A stretch of 64,000 bases of DNA from Guillardia theta CCMP2712 (lineage: Eukaryota; Protista; Cryptophyta): contig NW_005434629.1 of NCBI RefSeq assembly GCF_000315625.1, forward strand, positions 332,409-396,408, read 5' to 3'. Below the pieces are notes generated by a model that searched no databases, was not told where the DNA came from, and was given only the letters and a program-made list of their open reading frames with translations. Both the position numbers and the translations under genes were made by a program. Within the stretch, counting starts at the first letter, position 1, and each line of letters begins with the position of its first letter. Of this stretch, positions 36,001 through 47,229 are shown one piece after another.

Positions 36001-39000
36001 TTGGATCTTTCCTCTCTTCACTGGACAAACTTGTCTTTCACAGGCAAAGTCCCGAATCCTCGATGGGGAACTGCGTTCGCCCTGGTCGAGAATGATGTCA
36101 TCATGTATGGAGGAAGCAACAGCACAGGTGAGAATGACTGCAGCAAACGGAGGTGACTTTTATCGCAGACATGCATGCAGCAGACTTCTTTGAAGATGTT
36201 TTTATTCTCTCTCTCTCAAACGAGATCGATGTGCATCAAACTCTAACGAACGAATTGTCTCTTCAACTTGCTGACAGGTTCTGAACATCTGTTTCTTTCT
36301 CGAATTTTAATATCATGCTCTCAACATTTATTTCTTTGTGTCAACATTCATTTCAGGTTCTCAACTTTCGTTTCTTCGCATCTGGTTCTCATGGATCGAG
36401 ATCTTGTTTTGTGCTCAGCGAACCATCCGTGCATTTACAAGTTGCAGAACATGAAAGTTATGTGGCAAGCAGGAAGTGTGTTGTGTGGAGAAGGGTGCAG
36501 ACTGGCAATCGCAGGCTCACAAATCTCATGTGATAGCAGCCGACTTGTGTCTGTGATGTTTGACATGCAAGGAGCCAAGCTCTCCATCACCAACAGCTCC
36601 TTTAGCAATTGCTTTTGCTCATCTGATGGATGCTCTCTGCTCCTGCAGGGTGGTAGCAGCGCTAAGCTCGTCAACACAACCTTCGCACACCTCAAGAATG
36701 ACCTTGGAGGTGCAGCAGTGACGGTCAGCGCAAGTGACTTGGATGCATATGGCTGCCAGTTCAAGGAGTGCGAATCACGATGGGGAGGAGCGATCTTTTC
36801 TTTCTTCTCCTCGACCGAGAACGTGAAGCTCTCCTGGTCGAGCTCCAAGTCTGTCTGGCGGTCGCATGTGACTGTCGGCCGGTCTCTCTTTCAGAGATGC
36901 GCTGGTGAGCAGGGAGGAAGCGTCTTCTCGGCTGACAGCGTCCTCGCTCTCTCCGACGTCATATTCGAAAGCAACTCCGCTGCCTATGGGGGAGCTCTCT
37001 ACATGGCCGACGCATCTGCTCTCACACTGCATGGTGATGTCACCTTTAACAACAACTCTGCATCTGTGAGTGGAGGAGCCATCTACTTCGACAAGGACTT
37101 GGAGGCAGCTCATGGTGATCTAACCAGCAGATGCACCAACGACAATCGCGCGCTGTCATGGGGATCGTGCGTTGGCACTTCGTATCATCGACTGTCCCTG
37201 GACGTTATGCAGGTCAGGGTGTTCCCTGGCATAGCAGCAAGGATTATTGTGAAGAAATTGGACCTCTTTGATCAAGTGATCACAACAGGGAATGAACTTC
37301 TCCAACTGCTCTCCGTCAAAAACGGAAGTCTCGACATCGACACGTCAATTATGATCGTCGGAAACAGTGTTGCAAGGCTCAACCAGGGAGTTGCGGAGTT
37401 TCTGGTTTCCTTCAAACCAACCTTTACGAAGATGGACGTTCGAAGGAAGCAAACCAAGATTGACTCTCATCCGCTGATCTATGTAGAGGGCATCGACTTG
37501 CAGTCCTCGGCTACCATGAGCAGTGACCTTCATACTCTAGTTTTGCAATCTGACAGCGATGTTTGCCCAACAGGATACATCCTGTCTCTCAGCTCAGAAC
37601 TCCCTTCGATAGGAGGATGCGTAATCTGCGGGAGAGGAAGCTACTCGGTCGACCCCTTCGCCGGGGGACCAGCTTGTTTTCCATGCCCAGCAGGAGGAGT
37701 GTGCGATCATGGAGGCAGCAATGTGTCGTTCCCCGTCGGCCATTGGATGCTCGAGAGCGGCGAGTATCGAGTCCAGTCTTGCCCTCCAGGTCACTCTCTG
37801 GTTCGAGAGGAAGCAAAAGCTGCGCGAGACGACTGTCCCACGTGCCCCTATGGCTCCTATTCTATCGCTTCTCAGCACATCAGCAACGCCACTGGATGTC
37901 TCCGCTGTCCTACGACAGTGACGTGCATGGGCGGAATGAACATTAGGGCGAGGAAGGGCTTCTACGTCATCAGCTCTGCCTACGTGAGGACCGCCCTTCG
38001 TCGGTCCCCAGGACAGGAGCTGCTCGTCTTCCGCTGCGCAACTTCCGCGTGCTTGGAGGGCAACCAGTGCTTGCAGGGCTACATGGGCCCTGCCTGCGGG
38101 TTCTGCAACTCGACGGAGGATGAGAAGGGGCGGCAATGGATGCGCGTGGGGAACGAGTGCGTGCTCTGCTCTGAGAACGAGTCCCTGGTGCCCTTCCTGA
38201 CGGTTTTGCTCTCCTTGGCTGCTCTCGTGTGGATCGGAGTCTTCTGGTTTCCGATCTGGGAGTCCATGAGCTTTTGGTCAAGGGGAGTAAAGTGGCTGCA
38301 ACTGACATCGGAGCATGTTGGGGGGATGCTCGTGTCGACGCTAGAAAGAGCGTCTCTGTCTAAGGCTGCGGTACAAGACTTGAAGAGTTTGCTGACAACC
38401 TCAGTCAAGATTGTCATCGGTTTCTACCAGGTCACCCTGACATTTGTGAGGAACTTCAATGTCAGCTGGCCTACTCGGCTCACAGACGTGATCAGTAGCG
38501 TCAGTTTTCTGTCGCTGGATTTCTTTTCTCTCCCTGCCACAGACTGCTTGTGTTCATCCTTATCGTGGATGCAGAAGCTGTACGTCGTCACTCTCATCCC
38601 GCTCGTGGTCGTGGGCCTCATCGTCTTGCCAGGGCTGGTGGCCATGCGAATGGACGTCAAAGTGAGGAGAGTGGTGACGAGACGAGTCATGTTCTGGTTG
38701 CTCTTCTTCCTCTTCACTGCCTACCCCTTCGTCTCTTCCACCATCCTGCAAACCTTCAGCTGCATGGACCTCGGCCCCGTCGGCAACTTCCTCCGAGCTG
38801 ATTTCACTGTGACGTGCCCGTTGGAGACGCGAGGAAGGGAGTTCAAATGGGCGATTATATTCACCTTCATATACCCACTGGGAGTTCCTCTCTTCATCCT
38901 CGCCGTGCTCTTCTACTACCAGGTACCCCAGCTTGCTCGGAGGAAGGTCTTGGTTGCCAAGTTACAGGCTGTCGTAGAGAAGCTGAGCTGTGACTGCAAC

Positions 39001-40056
39001 GAGAGGGACTGCGACGGCAGTCATTTGCAGGACATGCTCTCTCAAGTTTACAGCTGCTCGCTTCTCGCTGATCCGTTGCTCCTTCTTAGCCAGAAGGACA
39101 TGCAGACGTTGTGCTCCTTCCTTCAGAGGCGCTCAACGCAACAAGGCTCCAGCATCAACATGGCGATCGAGCGGCACAACCAGCAATCGCTGGACTTCAT
39201 GAAGCTCATCGATGCAGCACTGGATCAAGGCGACCTCTCGCTACCGAAGCTGAGGTGGGAAAGTGACTCGCAGACCCGCTGGAGAGAAGTGGAGGAGACG
39301 GCGATCGAGCATGCAGGGTTCCTTTTCGACTCGTACCGGGTAGAGGTATGGTACTTCGAGAGCATCGAGATGGTCAGAAAGCTCGTTATGACTTCCCTCA
39401 TCGTCTTCATCTTCCAAGGAAGCTATCTTCAAGTCGCCTTCGCTGCCTTCTTCACTTTCCTCGCTCTCATCCTCCACTTCCTCTGCCAGCCTTTGACACG
39501 ACCCTGTCTGGACCAGCAGCAAGGCTTGTCGCTCACCATTCAGTTTGTGACACTTTTTTATGGCCTCACTCTCATCCTCGAAGACGAGGACGTCAAGTCC
39601 CCGGCAGACGCGACCTACAAGGCTCTCTTGGAATACTGTATGATCGGTCTGAACAGCTTCATCGCCTTCTACATCATCGTCAAGTTCCTCCTGGTTCAGA
39701 TGTTCCGGTCAGCCCGAGAGATGTTGATCAGTTCAGGTTGCAACAAGTGCTCCAAAAGAGACATTCGCGTCGAACATCATCCGTCTCTGTCATATTCCAA
39801 CTTTTCCTACATGAGGAATGAAGCTAAGGAGGCCCCCCCTGTCTCTCCGAAGGAAGACGAGACAGCAACTTCTGAGCAGGCTGCGTCACCTGCGGCAATG
39901 GAGGAAGGAGGAGGATGCAGAGCTATCAGCGTGGAGACGGAGAGACCTGAACCTCAACCGTGCGCTGCTGATTCTCAACAGATGATCGACAAGATCGAGG
40001 TGGAAGATTCCTTTCATTCTGCAGACTGCTTCCATGCTGCAGGAATTCGACTTTGA
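30025..40056 (+). CDS. Giant surface receptor: signal peptide, ~30 kelch repeats, parallel beta-helix (GGAI) repeats, GCC2/3-type Cys-rich repeats and a CRMP/TRP-like multipass membrane domain; about 31 exons
   Basis: Signal LSVLVSIVICFINA. Repeated PSPRxxHAM...YxFGG..NELFVLD...W kelch units. Last exon 36357-40056 has GGAA/GGAIF/GGALY/GGAIY repeats, CPTGY..CGRGSY..CFPCPAGGVC repeats, and the TM-block motifs KIVIGFYQV, YPFVSSTILQTFSC, FLRADFTVTC, YPLGVP and GFLFDSY..WYFESIEMVRKL. Confidence 0.85.
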
Positions 40057-40512
40057 GGTGAACTGCTTGCCTGGCAGCTCTTCAAGGGACTAGAATTTGT
40101 GTGTAGATATCCTCCCATCAAAGCTTGCGCAGTAAGCCTAACTAACTGATTCGTGTGATCTTGTTCGACTGGTAGCATGCCATCAAGATAAACTCATGAT
40201 TGAATCACATGAATGAAGTGCCACAGGCAACGAGGAAATCAGAAAAGCCTGACATATGTAATTGAGCCCGCCTCAACAAAGTTGACAGCCGTTGGCCAAG
40301 ATGTCAATGTCCTGGTGCAGTGAAACTGAGAGCGTGAAGGGGGAGGGGAGGAGGCAGATGGTTGCTCGAGGATCAGCTCTTGTCCTCGATGCTTTCTTGA
40401 CGTTGTGAGATAACATCATCTTCTGAGCCCATGAAGGACTAAGTTCCACTGATATCACCCCGTTGCTGTCATCGCTTGCTGTCAGTGTGCTGGTGGGGTG
40501 TAGGTTTGCATC

Positions 40513-43500
40513 ATGTTAGCAAAAAGCTCTTCGAGCCTCGGCAACACCTTCATGCCGCCCATGGTAATGATACTGTGAGGATGCATCGCAAGAACACCAG
40601 ATGACATGTGTTTCTTGCTTTCTTTCCTTCCCTTCGATCTTCTGTTCCATTCTTTCCCTCATTTCTCTCTCCCCTTCTCTTCCCTCCCCTTCCCTTCTCG
40701 ATTCTCTCGCAACAGAAAGGATACCTCTACAAGCTACAAGACGAGTTCCATGGGACGCGAGGGTCGGCTCTGGGACGGCTGAGGAAAGGGAAGGAAGAAG
40801 GATCTTCTCCTCTACTCCCTCCTCTTGTCACATCCGAGGCTGAGAGACCCGTTGGGTCCGTTGCAAAGTAGGAGAGAGCCGGAGAGCCTGACGCGTCCCC
40901 TTACGTTGCGACAACAGGAAGGCGAGCACAGCACTGCTGCGACAAGACTCGAGAAGTGAAGAGAACGAGGAATGCCATGACTTTATAGGCAGCAAGGTGA
41001 AGGACTGGAGCCAACGCGTGTACGAGTTTGACTTTCGATCCTGCGAGCTGAGGTGAGAAAACGAGGAAGCTTGCTCTAGAGAGCTTGCTCTAGAGAGCTT
41101 GCTCTAGAGAGCTTGCTCTAGGGAGGTTGGTCTGCTCGCTCACGAACATGTAGGTACATCTCCAACCATCCCAACAGGCCTCTCGCTCCCGATTACAAAG
41201 GCGACCCATCAAGACGATCGCTCGGCTTCGGTGATGTCAACCCTCAACACCTGTGTAGAGTTTGACTCGATCGGTCAAAGTTGACTCAGACACGGTCATA
41301 ATCCCCGGAAAGTCCATCGAGACTCAAGATTGCTTGCCCAACTCGCACGTTCCTCTGCTGCTGTGGACCTTCGAGATCACTTTCTACGTCATCGTCCGTC
41401 GTTCCTGCCCCCGTCGAGCTGATCTGACTGTCTTCCTTGCAGTCCGGCGCGCAAGCAGGAGAGAGGACGCTGGTGTTGGCAGCGGTTGACTTGAAGGAAC
41501 GAGACATCTGGATCGAGTCAATGACTGGCTGCATCAGGAAGAAACAGGTCGGCTAGCTTGTTCCTCTCAATCCCTCCCTCAGTTCTCTCCTCCTCTGGAT
41601 TTGATGGGCTGCGTCAAAACAGGAGCTGGACGTCAGCTACAGCAACTTCCGCATGAGAATCAAGGAGACGGAGGAGAAGACGCAAATGCTGCAGGTCGAT
41701 CGCCACCCGTAGAGTTCGATCTCAACATGTCCAACAGGACGAAGTAAGAGAAGGCAAGCGAGCGATCAGCGTCAACAGCCTTGCGCACAGACAGGCAAGA
41801 CTGAACAATGGCAAGGCGATCAAAGACGTCATCAGCGTCTTCAAGAAGCTGTCCTCTGTGTTTGTGGTTGAGTCCGACTCGTCAGTCGGGGGAGGGATTT
41901 CTCACGTCGTGGTCAACCTCCTTGAGATTGACTTGCTGTCCGAAGCTCTGGCGGTATGAACCTCCCTGCTGCTCCCTCCTTATCGCCCTCGACTCATCTT
42001 CTGCTGTTTCTGCTCCCTTGGCTTTCAGCTCCTTGGACTTCACGTCACCCAGGAATACGCGCAGAAGAAGCTCGTGCAGGCAAGCGGATGGAATAATTCC
42101 CTTGTCCTCATCCAATCAGATTTTCTCGTCCTCTTCTCCCTCATCCTCCACTCACCTTCCCTTCTTGCTCCTAAGTCCTAGCAACCGATCTCTTTTCCTC
42201 CTCTGCCTTCTCTGGTCACAATCTGGAATCATCGCTGCCTCAGGTGCAAGATCGAGTCTTTGGTGAGCGCTGGAGATTTTCACGGCCCGAGGCTCTCGGG
42301 AATGAGAAGAGAGTAGACATCGTTTCTTTCGAGGGTAAACTTCTCCTCCTCCTCCCTGCTCCCTCCTCTCATATTTGTTTCATCGGTCCTTTTCCATACA
42401 CTCAATCTGGGCAGCTCTTATGATGAATGCCGTTCCTCTCCTGCTTCTCCTGCCCAGCTCCTTTTTGATCTTCATCTCCCCTTGGTCTCCATCACAAGGC
42501 TGAAGAATCTTCTTCTTCGCAGAGCTCTTCAAGGCCATCTTTGCAGCGAAGCAGAAGAAAGATTCGAGTTTCATCAGAGACATGCTACTGGACCTGATCT
42601 TAGCTTCTCACGACACCTTCCTTGTCAACCTGACGGCAAAGGTGTTGAATTTTCCTCTCTTTGCCCCTCCTTCCTGATGAGTGCTTCAGGAGGCCGAGGA
42701 TCTTGTACAAGAGGATATCAGGTTAGAAGAGATGAACACATCTTGACTCCAACCTCACACCCTGTATCACACCAGCAATCAGATCGAAGCCTCGACGATC
42801 CAAGTCTCATGACATCAGCACCAATGACCGAGCTGAAGTGATGACGCAGAAAACGCACGTCAAGGATCCTGTTGCAAGCGCAAGAGAAGCTTTCGACGCT
42901 TTTGACAAGGACAACTCGGGTATTGCAGCATCTCCCCTTATCCTCCCTCTCCCAGCCATTCTCGTCCTCCTCCACCATCCCTTCCGCAGCCACCAACTAC
43001 GCTCATCCTCCTCCTCCCACCTGTTCTTGTCCTGCTTCATCATCTGTATGTTCAGCATCTTCCCGGTCGCAAGTCTCCTCATCATCTCCTGTGGTTGCGT
43101 ATTCTCTTGAATCAGTTCTGACTGCCCGCAGGCTTCCTTGACATGAAGGAAATTCATGCAGCTATCAAAACATTTCTCCCTTCTGTCACAGACAAAGAAA
43201 TCCTCAGGATGTCAAGAGCTGCAGACGCGGACGGGAGCGGTCATGTCAGTATCATCTTTGATCCTGAGAGCGGCGGGTCAAGTTGAGATTTTGATTCAAG
43301 GTGACCTTTGAGGAATTTCTTGACGTGCTGGGAGTGAAGAACAAAGAAACTGTGACATCTCCTACTCGGCGCAACTCAATGACGTCAATGCAACCGTGAG
43401 TGTAATGATTGACGATCAGAATCGATCTCTTGATTGTTTTGCCTCAAGATGTTTCATCATCGAGCTCAAGAGAGGAGATGATGTCATGAAATCTTTATCC

Positions 43501-44500
43501 ATGGATTGCGCCTTCATCCTCATCGTCGACGGCGAGGTGAATTTTGAATTCGTGGGTGTTATTCTCACAGCTTGCCTCGTAGATCGGAATCTTTGTGAAG
43601 TTTGAGGAGAGAGGAGTTATCTCCAGCAAGGAAGTGATTTGCTTAGCCAGGGTGATCGTCTTCTCCTCTCCTCTTCCCTCTCCTTCTCCTCCACTACCAC
43701 CTGCTCCCCTTCCTCCCTCCTCCCTCCCTCCCTCCCTCCTCCTCCTTCCCTTCCCTCCCTATCACTTCGATACAGTTCTCATCGTCTCTCATCACGGCAC
43801 TAGGGAGATACTCATCTGCTGAAGGGCATCGCCAACGTCCCGTCGCTTGCCCGGCAGGAGCTGACGATCACCTACACTCCGCTGGTCTGCTGCTCCTCTA
43901 CACGAATCTCTCCTTCTCCTTCTCCTTCTCCTTCTCCTTCTCCTTCTCCTTTTCCTTCTCCTTCTCCTCTCTACCTCCTCGTCTTCCTGTCCTCCTCGTC
44001 CTTTTCTCCAGCTCACATCAACGACCAATCTCAGGTGGTGAAGTCAGGGAAGGCAACAATCGCAGGCAATGGGGTCTTTGTTGTGTTCTTGGTCATGACA
44101 TCTTCGACAGTCTTCACCTTGCACGCCGTGGAGAAAGTGATATCAGCAAGAACATTCCTCAAGAGGTATGCCCATGTCACAGAGCTCCTTTCTTCTAACC
44201 TCTACCCGGGTAGAGCGCTTCAGTTCCGCATCGAGGAGCAGGTCACGCTCTGTCGGGTCATGGAAGAGAGTGATGACGTAGCAAACAGGAGGAATGGGCC
44301 TCCAACGCTGCCCAGGAAGACACGTCCTCCATGATCGTCAACGTTCAGCCAGACAACGTAAACACGACCTGAGCTCGTCATCGCAAGGGACTCACTTGGA
44401 CTTGTCAGAGGATGGCGCTGGTCTCGCCCCTTGTCCCCGACTCCATCAACACGACCGCGTTCCAGCACATGTGGAACAACGCGAGACAAGGTGAAGGGAA
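40513..44500 (+). CDS. PH-domain + EF-hand pair + probable degenerate cNMP-binding-like regions (multi-exon, ends approximate)
   Basis: PH: KGYLYKL..WSQRVYEFD..RTLVLAAVDLKERDIWIESM. EF: EAFDAFDKDNSGFLDMKEI and ADADGSGHVTFEEFL. cNMP-like: IELKRGDDVM...FILIVDG. Confidence 0.65.
41068..41121. repeat. 14-bp minisatellite (AGCTTGCTCTAGAG), about 4 copies, intronic
   Basis: Direct tandem repeat with an internal CTCTAGAG palindrome. Confidence 0.85.
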
Positions 44501-44884
44501 GGAGCAGAGAGATGTTAGATGATGCAGTCTCGCAGGGAAGGTGAAGTTGTACAGCAAAGCAGCTGACCTGCCAAGACTGCACAAGGCCAAAGACAAAGTG
44601 AGCTGAGCTGAGAACATTCGCCTCTCTTAGTCTGCTCCTGCAGTCCAAGCGCTCCTACCAGTGGATGGGGACGCGGGATGGATGCGTGCAGGTCAGCTGC
44701 CGCGTCCTCGTCTTGTTTGTGACTTGAGCAGGTCCCACGGTCAAGCATGACCAGCCCAGAGGGCTCAAGTGAGGGAGAAGGAGAGTGAGAGGTACCAGCA
44801 GCTGCCTTTCCTCTTGCTGCGGCTCAGGACTGGATGGCAGGAGCAGCATGTTCGAGGAAGGGACGGGGAGGACGGAGCTTGTGT

Positions 44885-46082
44885 CTAGTTGTTCATTATC
44901 TGATCTCTCCAACTCGGCTGGTTGCAATTGTCGGAGTAACAACCCATGATGTCTGTGGCTCCTACACTCTTCAAGTACCTGTCGATCCCTCCGAACGAGA
45001 AGAAGTTTGAACTCTGCGCGCACATCTTCTTCCTGCATCCCCCAGCAACTGTCTTGCAAGGACAGCCGGTCACAAGCGCCTTGTGCTGGCACTTTGTGGT
45101 GCACTTGCAGGTCCCGTCCGCACAACTAGTTCACCTCGTCACTGGTCTCACGCTCAACCTCCTTCTCCTACCAGCTGCTGTCTTGCCCACTCTCGATGGG
45201 CTGATCCAGCGCGGCGGAGGAGCAAGACGTCGGATCTCCTCCACATCCAGGAAGCACAAAGCTGATGCAGGCTGAGCAGACAGACGCAAGTCAGCGAGTC
45301 ATCCAGCAGACCATCAGTCAGCTCACCATCTTCTCCGTATTGGCAAAATGTTGACTCCTCGGTAACTCCGGTTGCCGTAGACTTGGTAACGATGCACTTC
45401 AAAGGTGCTTTGCACTGCGAACTTTCCTGAAAGGAACAAGTTATGCTACTCTCTGATCTGCTAGGAGAGTTCTTGCAAGCAAGTCAACAGCTTACGTATC
45501 CGCAGTCACAGCAATCCAAGTCCGACGCACATGTTTGAACAGGCGGCCGGCAGCATTGCTCGGCAACGAACGGTCGAGGTGAGTATTGGACAGAAGGCAA
45601 ACTAAATTTTGCAAGAAATCATTGTCGATTCACACAAAGAAAGAGGTCATTTACCTGCACCTACTGTTTTCATTGCTGTAAGAAGGATAGCATATGTCTG
45701 TCTTGTTGGCTTGCAAAAGGTTATACGCGCTTGCAATCTCAGATGTCAAAGAGGTGATTGAGTTCTGCGATTCTCCACATAACCGAGTGGTGTAGCTACC
45801 TTGACATGTTCCCGACGGGACTACGATTGTGGTTGTATAACATTTCATCAGCGAGGTCGTTCGCAACCAGCAAGACCCGTCATATGACCGTATACTGCAC
45901 AGACAACCACCCGTCTGGCCTAGGATGCAAGGCATGCTCGTGCTGGTGCACTTTGGGAGTGACTTTGCAACGATGATGACCAAGAGAGCGCATACGAAGA
46001 CAAAGATAGAGATCCAAGCGAAGAAGAGCACGCCTTTTCTTGATCTCAAGCTTTGGATTGCTTGAAACAGTCGTTGAAACAT
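44885..46082 (-). CDS. N-anchored Cys-rich extracellular protein ending in a three-finger (Ly6/uPAR)-like signature (spliced)
   Basis: TM VLFFAWISIFVFVCALLVIIV and many Cys. Final module LKCIV..FCQYGEDGACISFV..GGCRKKMC..GCYSDNCN. Confidence 0.6.
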
Positions 46083-47229
46083 GTCGGACAACCGTGTTCA
46101 GCTCACAACATTCAAATCCACAAGAATCCTGTTCCTCGGACCTCCCTCAAGCCCGTCAACGCATGAGCGCGCTCGTCCATGAATCTCGCATTCCGCTTTC
46201 ACGTCGCACAGAAATTTCAATTTCCAGCTTGTAAAAGAAATTTGTACTGCAGAGATTTGAGGAGGCCTTCACTCTTGGATGGAAATCTATTCTCTCTTTT
46301 CCTCACTCCGTCATCTTCTGATCTTCTTGCTTTTCCTTCTGCTTTTCAGCTTGTCTTGAATTTTCTTCCTGGCTAATGTAACCTCACCCCTTGTTAATAT
46401 TGCATGTCCTCTTCTCCTCTTCTCCTCCTTCTCTTCTCTTCTTCTCTTCTTCTCTTCTTCTCTTCTTCTCTTCTTCTCTTCTTCTCTTCTTCTCTTCTTC
46501 TCTTCTTCTCTTCTTCTCGTCTTCTCCCTCTTCGTCGTTTGTTGGCGTCACTTCATTCTCATCGTCACCGTACCCCTCCCACTACCCCAGGTCTGCCCCT
46601 ATACTACCCACCACCATCTCCCTATGTAGAGCCCGATGACCCAACCTTCATACCTTGCAGAAGTCTCAATTCGGTCTCAATCAATAAGGCAGAGGGTCCT
46701 GCCTTGCCTTTAGTAGCAAGGGAAGGGAAGAAGAGTTGATAGAAACCGCCATGGTCGGAGGGTACAGCGAAGGAGGAGAGACAAGGAAAGCAGAGCGACA
46801 GTTGCTGTAGCGCATGAGGCAAGGGAATGAGAAGAAGCGTGAAGGAGAAATGAGGCGAAGTGGAAGGAAAGGAGAGAAGAAAACAATCAGGGACACTTTT
46901 AGAGAATGTAGTCAACAAACCGCGCTGCTACTGAGCATTCTGTTCCATAAGGCATACACTACTCAGATGCTTGTGCATCTGGAAGAGAGTGAGTGGAGAG
47001 TAGTTCAAAGAAAGCATTGGAGGGAATCAGACCAGGCAGGGCATTCAGATTCTCATACCAGAGTATCAACATGAAGTTTCTGTTTGCATTTCAAAACAAC
47101 TACATGAACAATATGAATTCGACTGTTGGCAAACAGAATATTGAGGGTTTGTGCAGGCATGTGAAAGTGTGACAATGTTTGCAGATTGAGACTGTCATTG
47201 AATGAGAGACTAATTGATACAATAAAAGT

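Noticed and set aside
30289-36127. Regular ~200-bp periodicity resembling a CRISPR or other repeat-spacer array
   Set aside because: There is no conserved DNA repeat; the periodicity is kelch exons plus spliceosomal introns.
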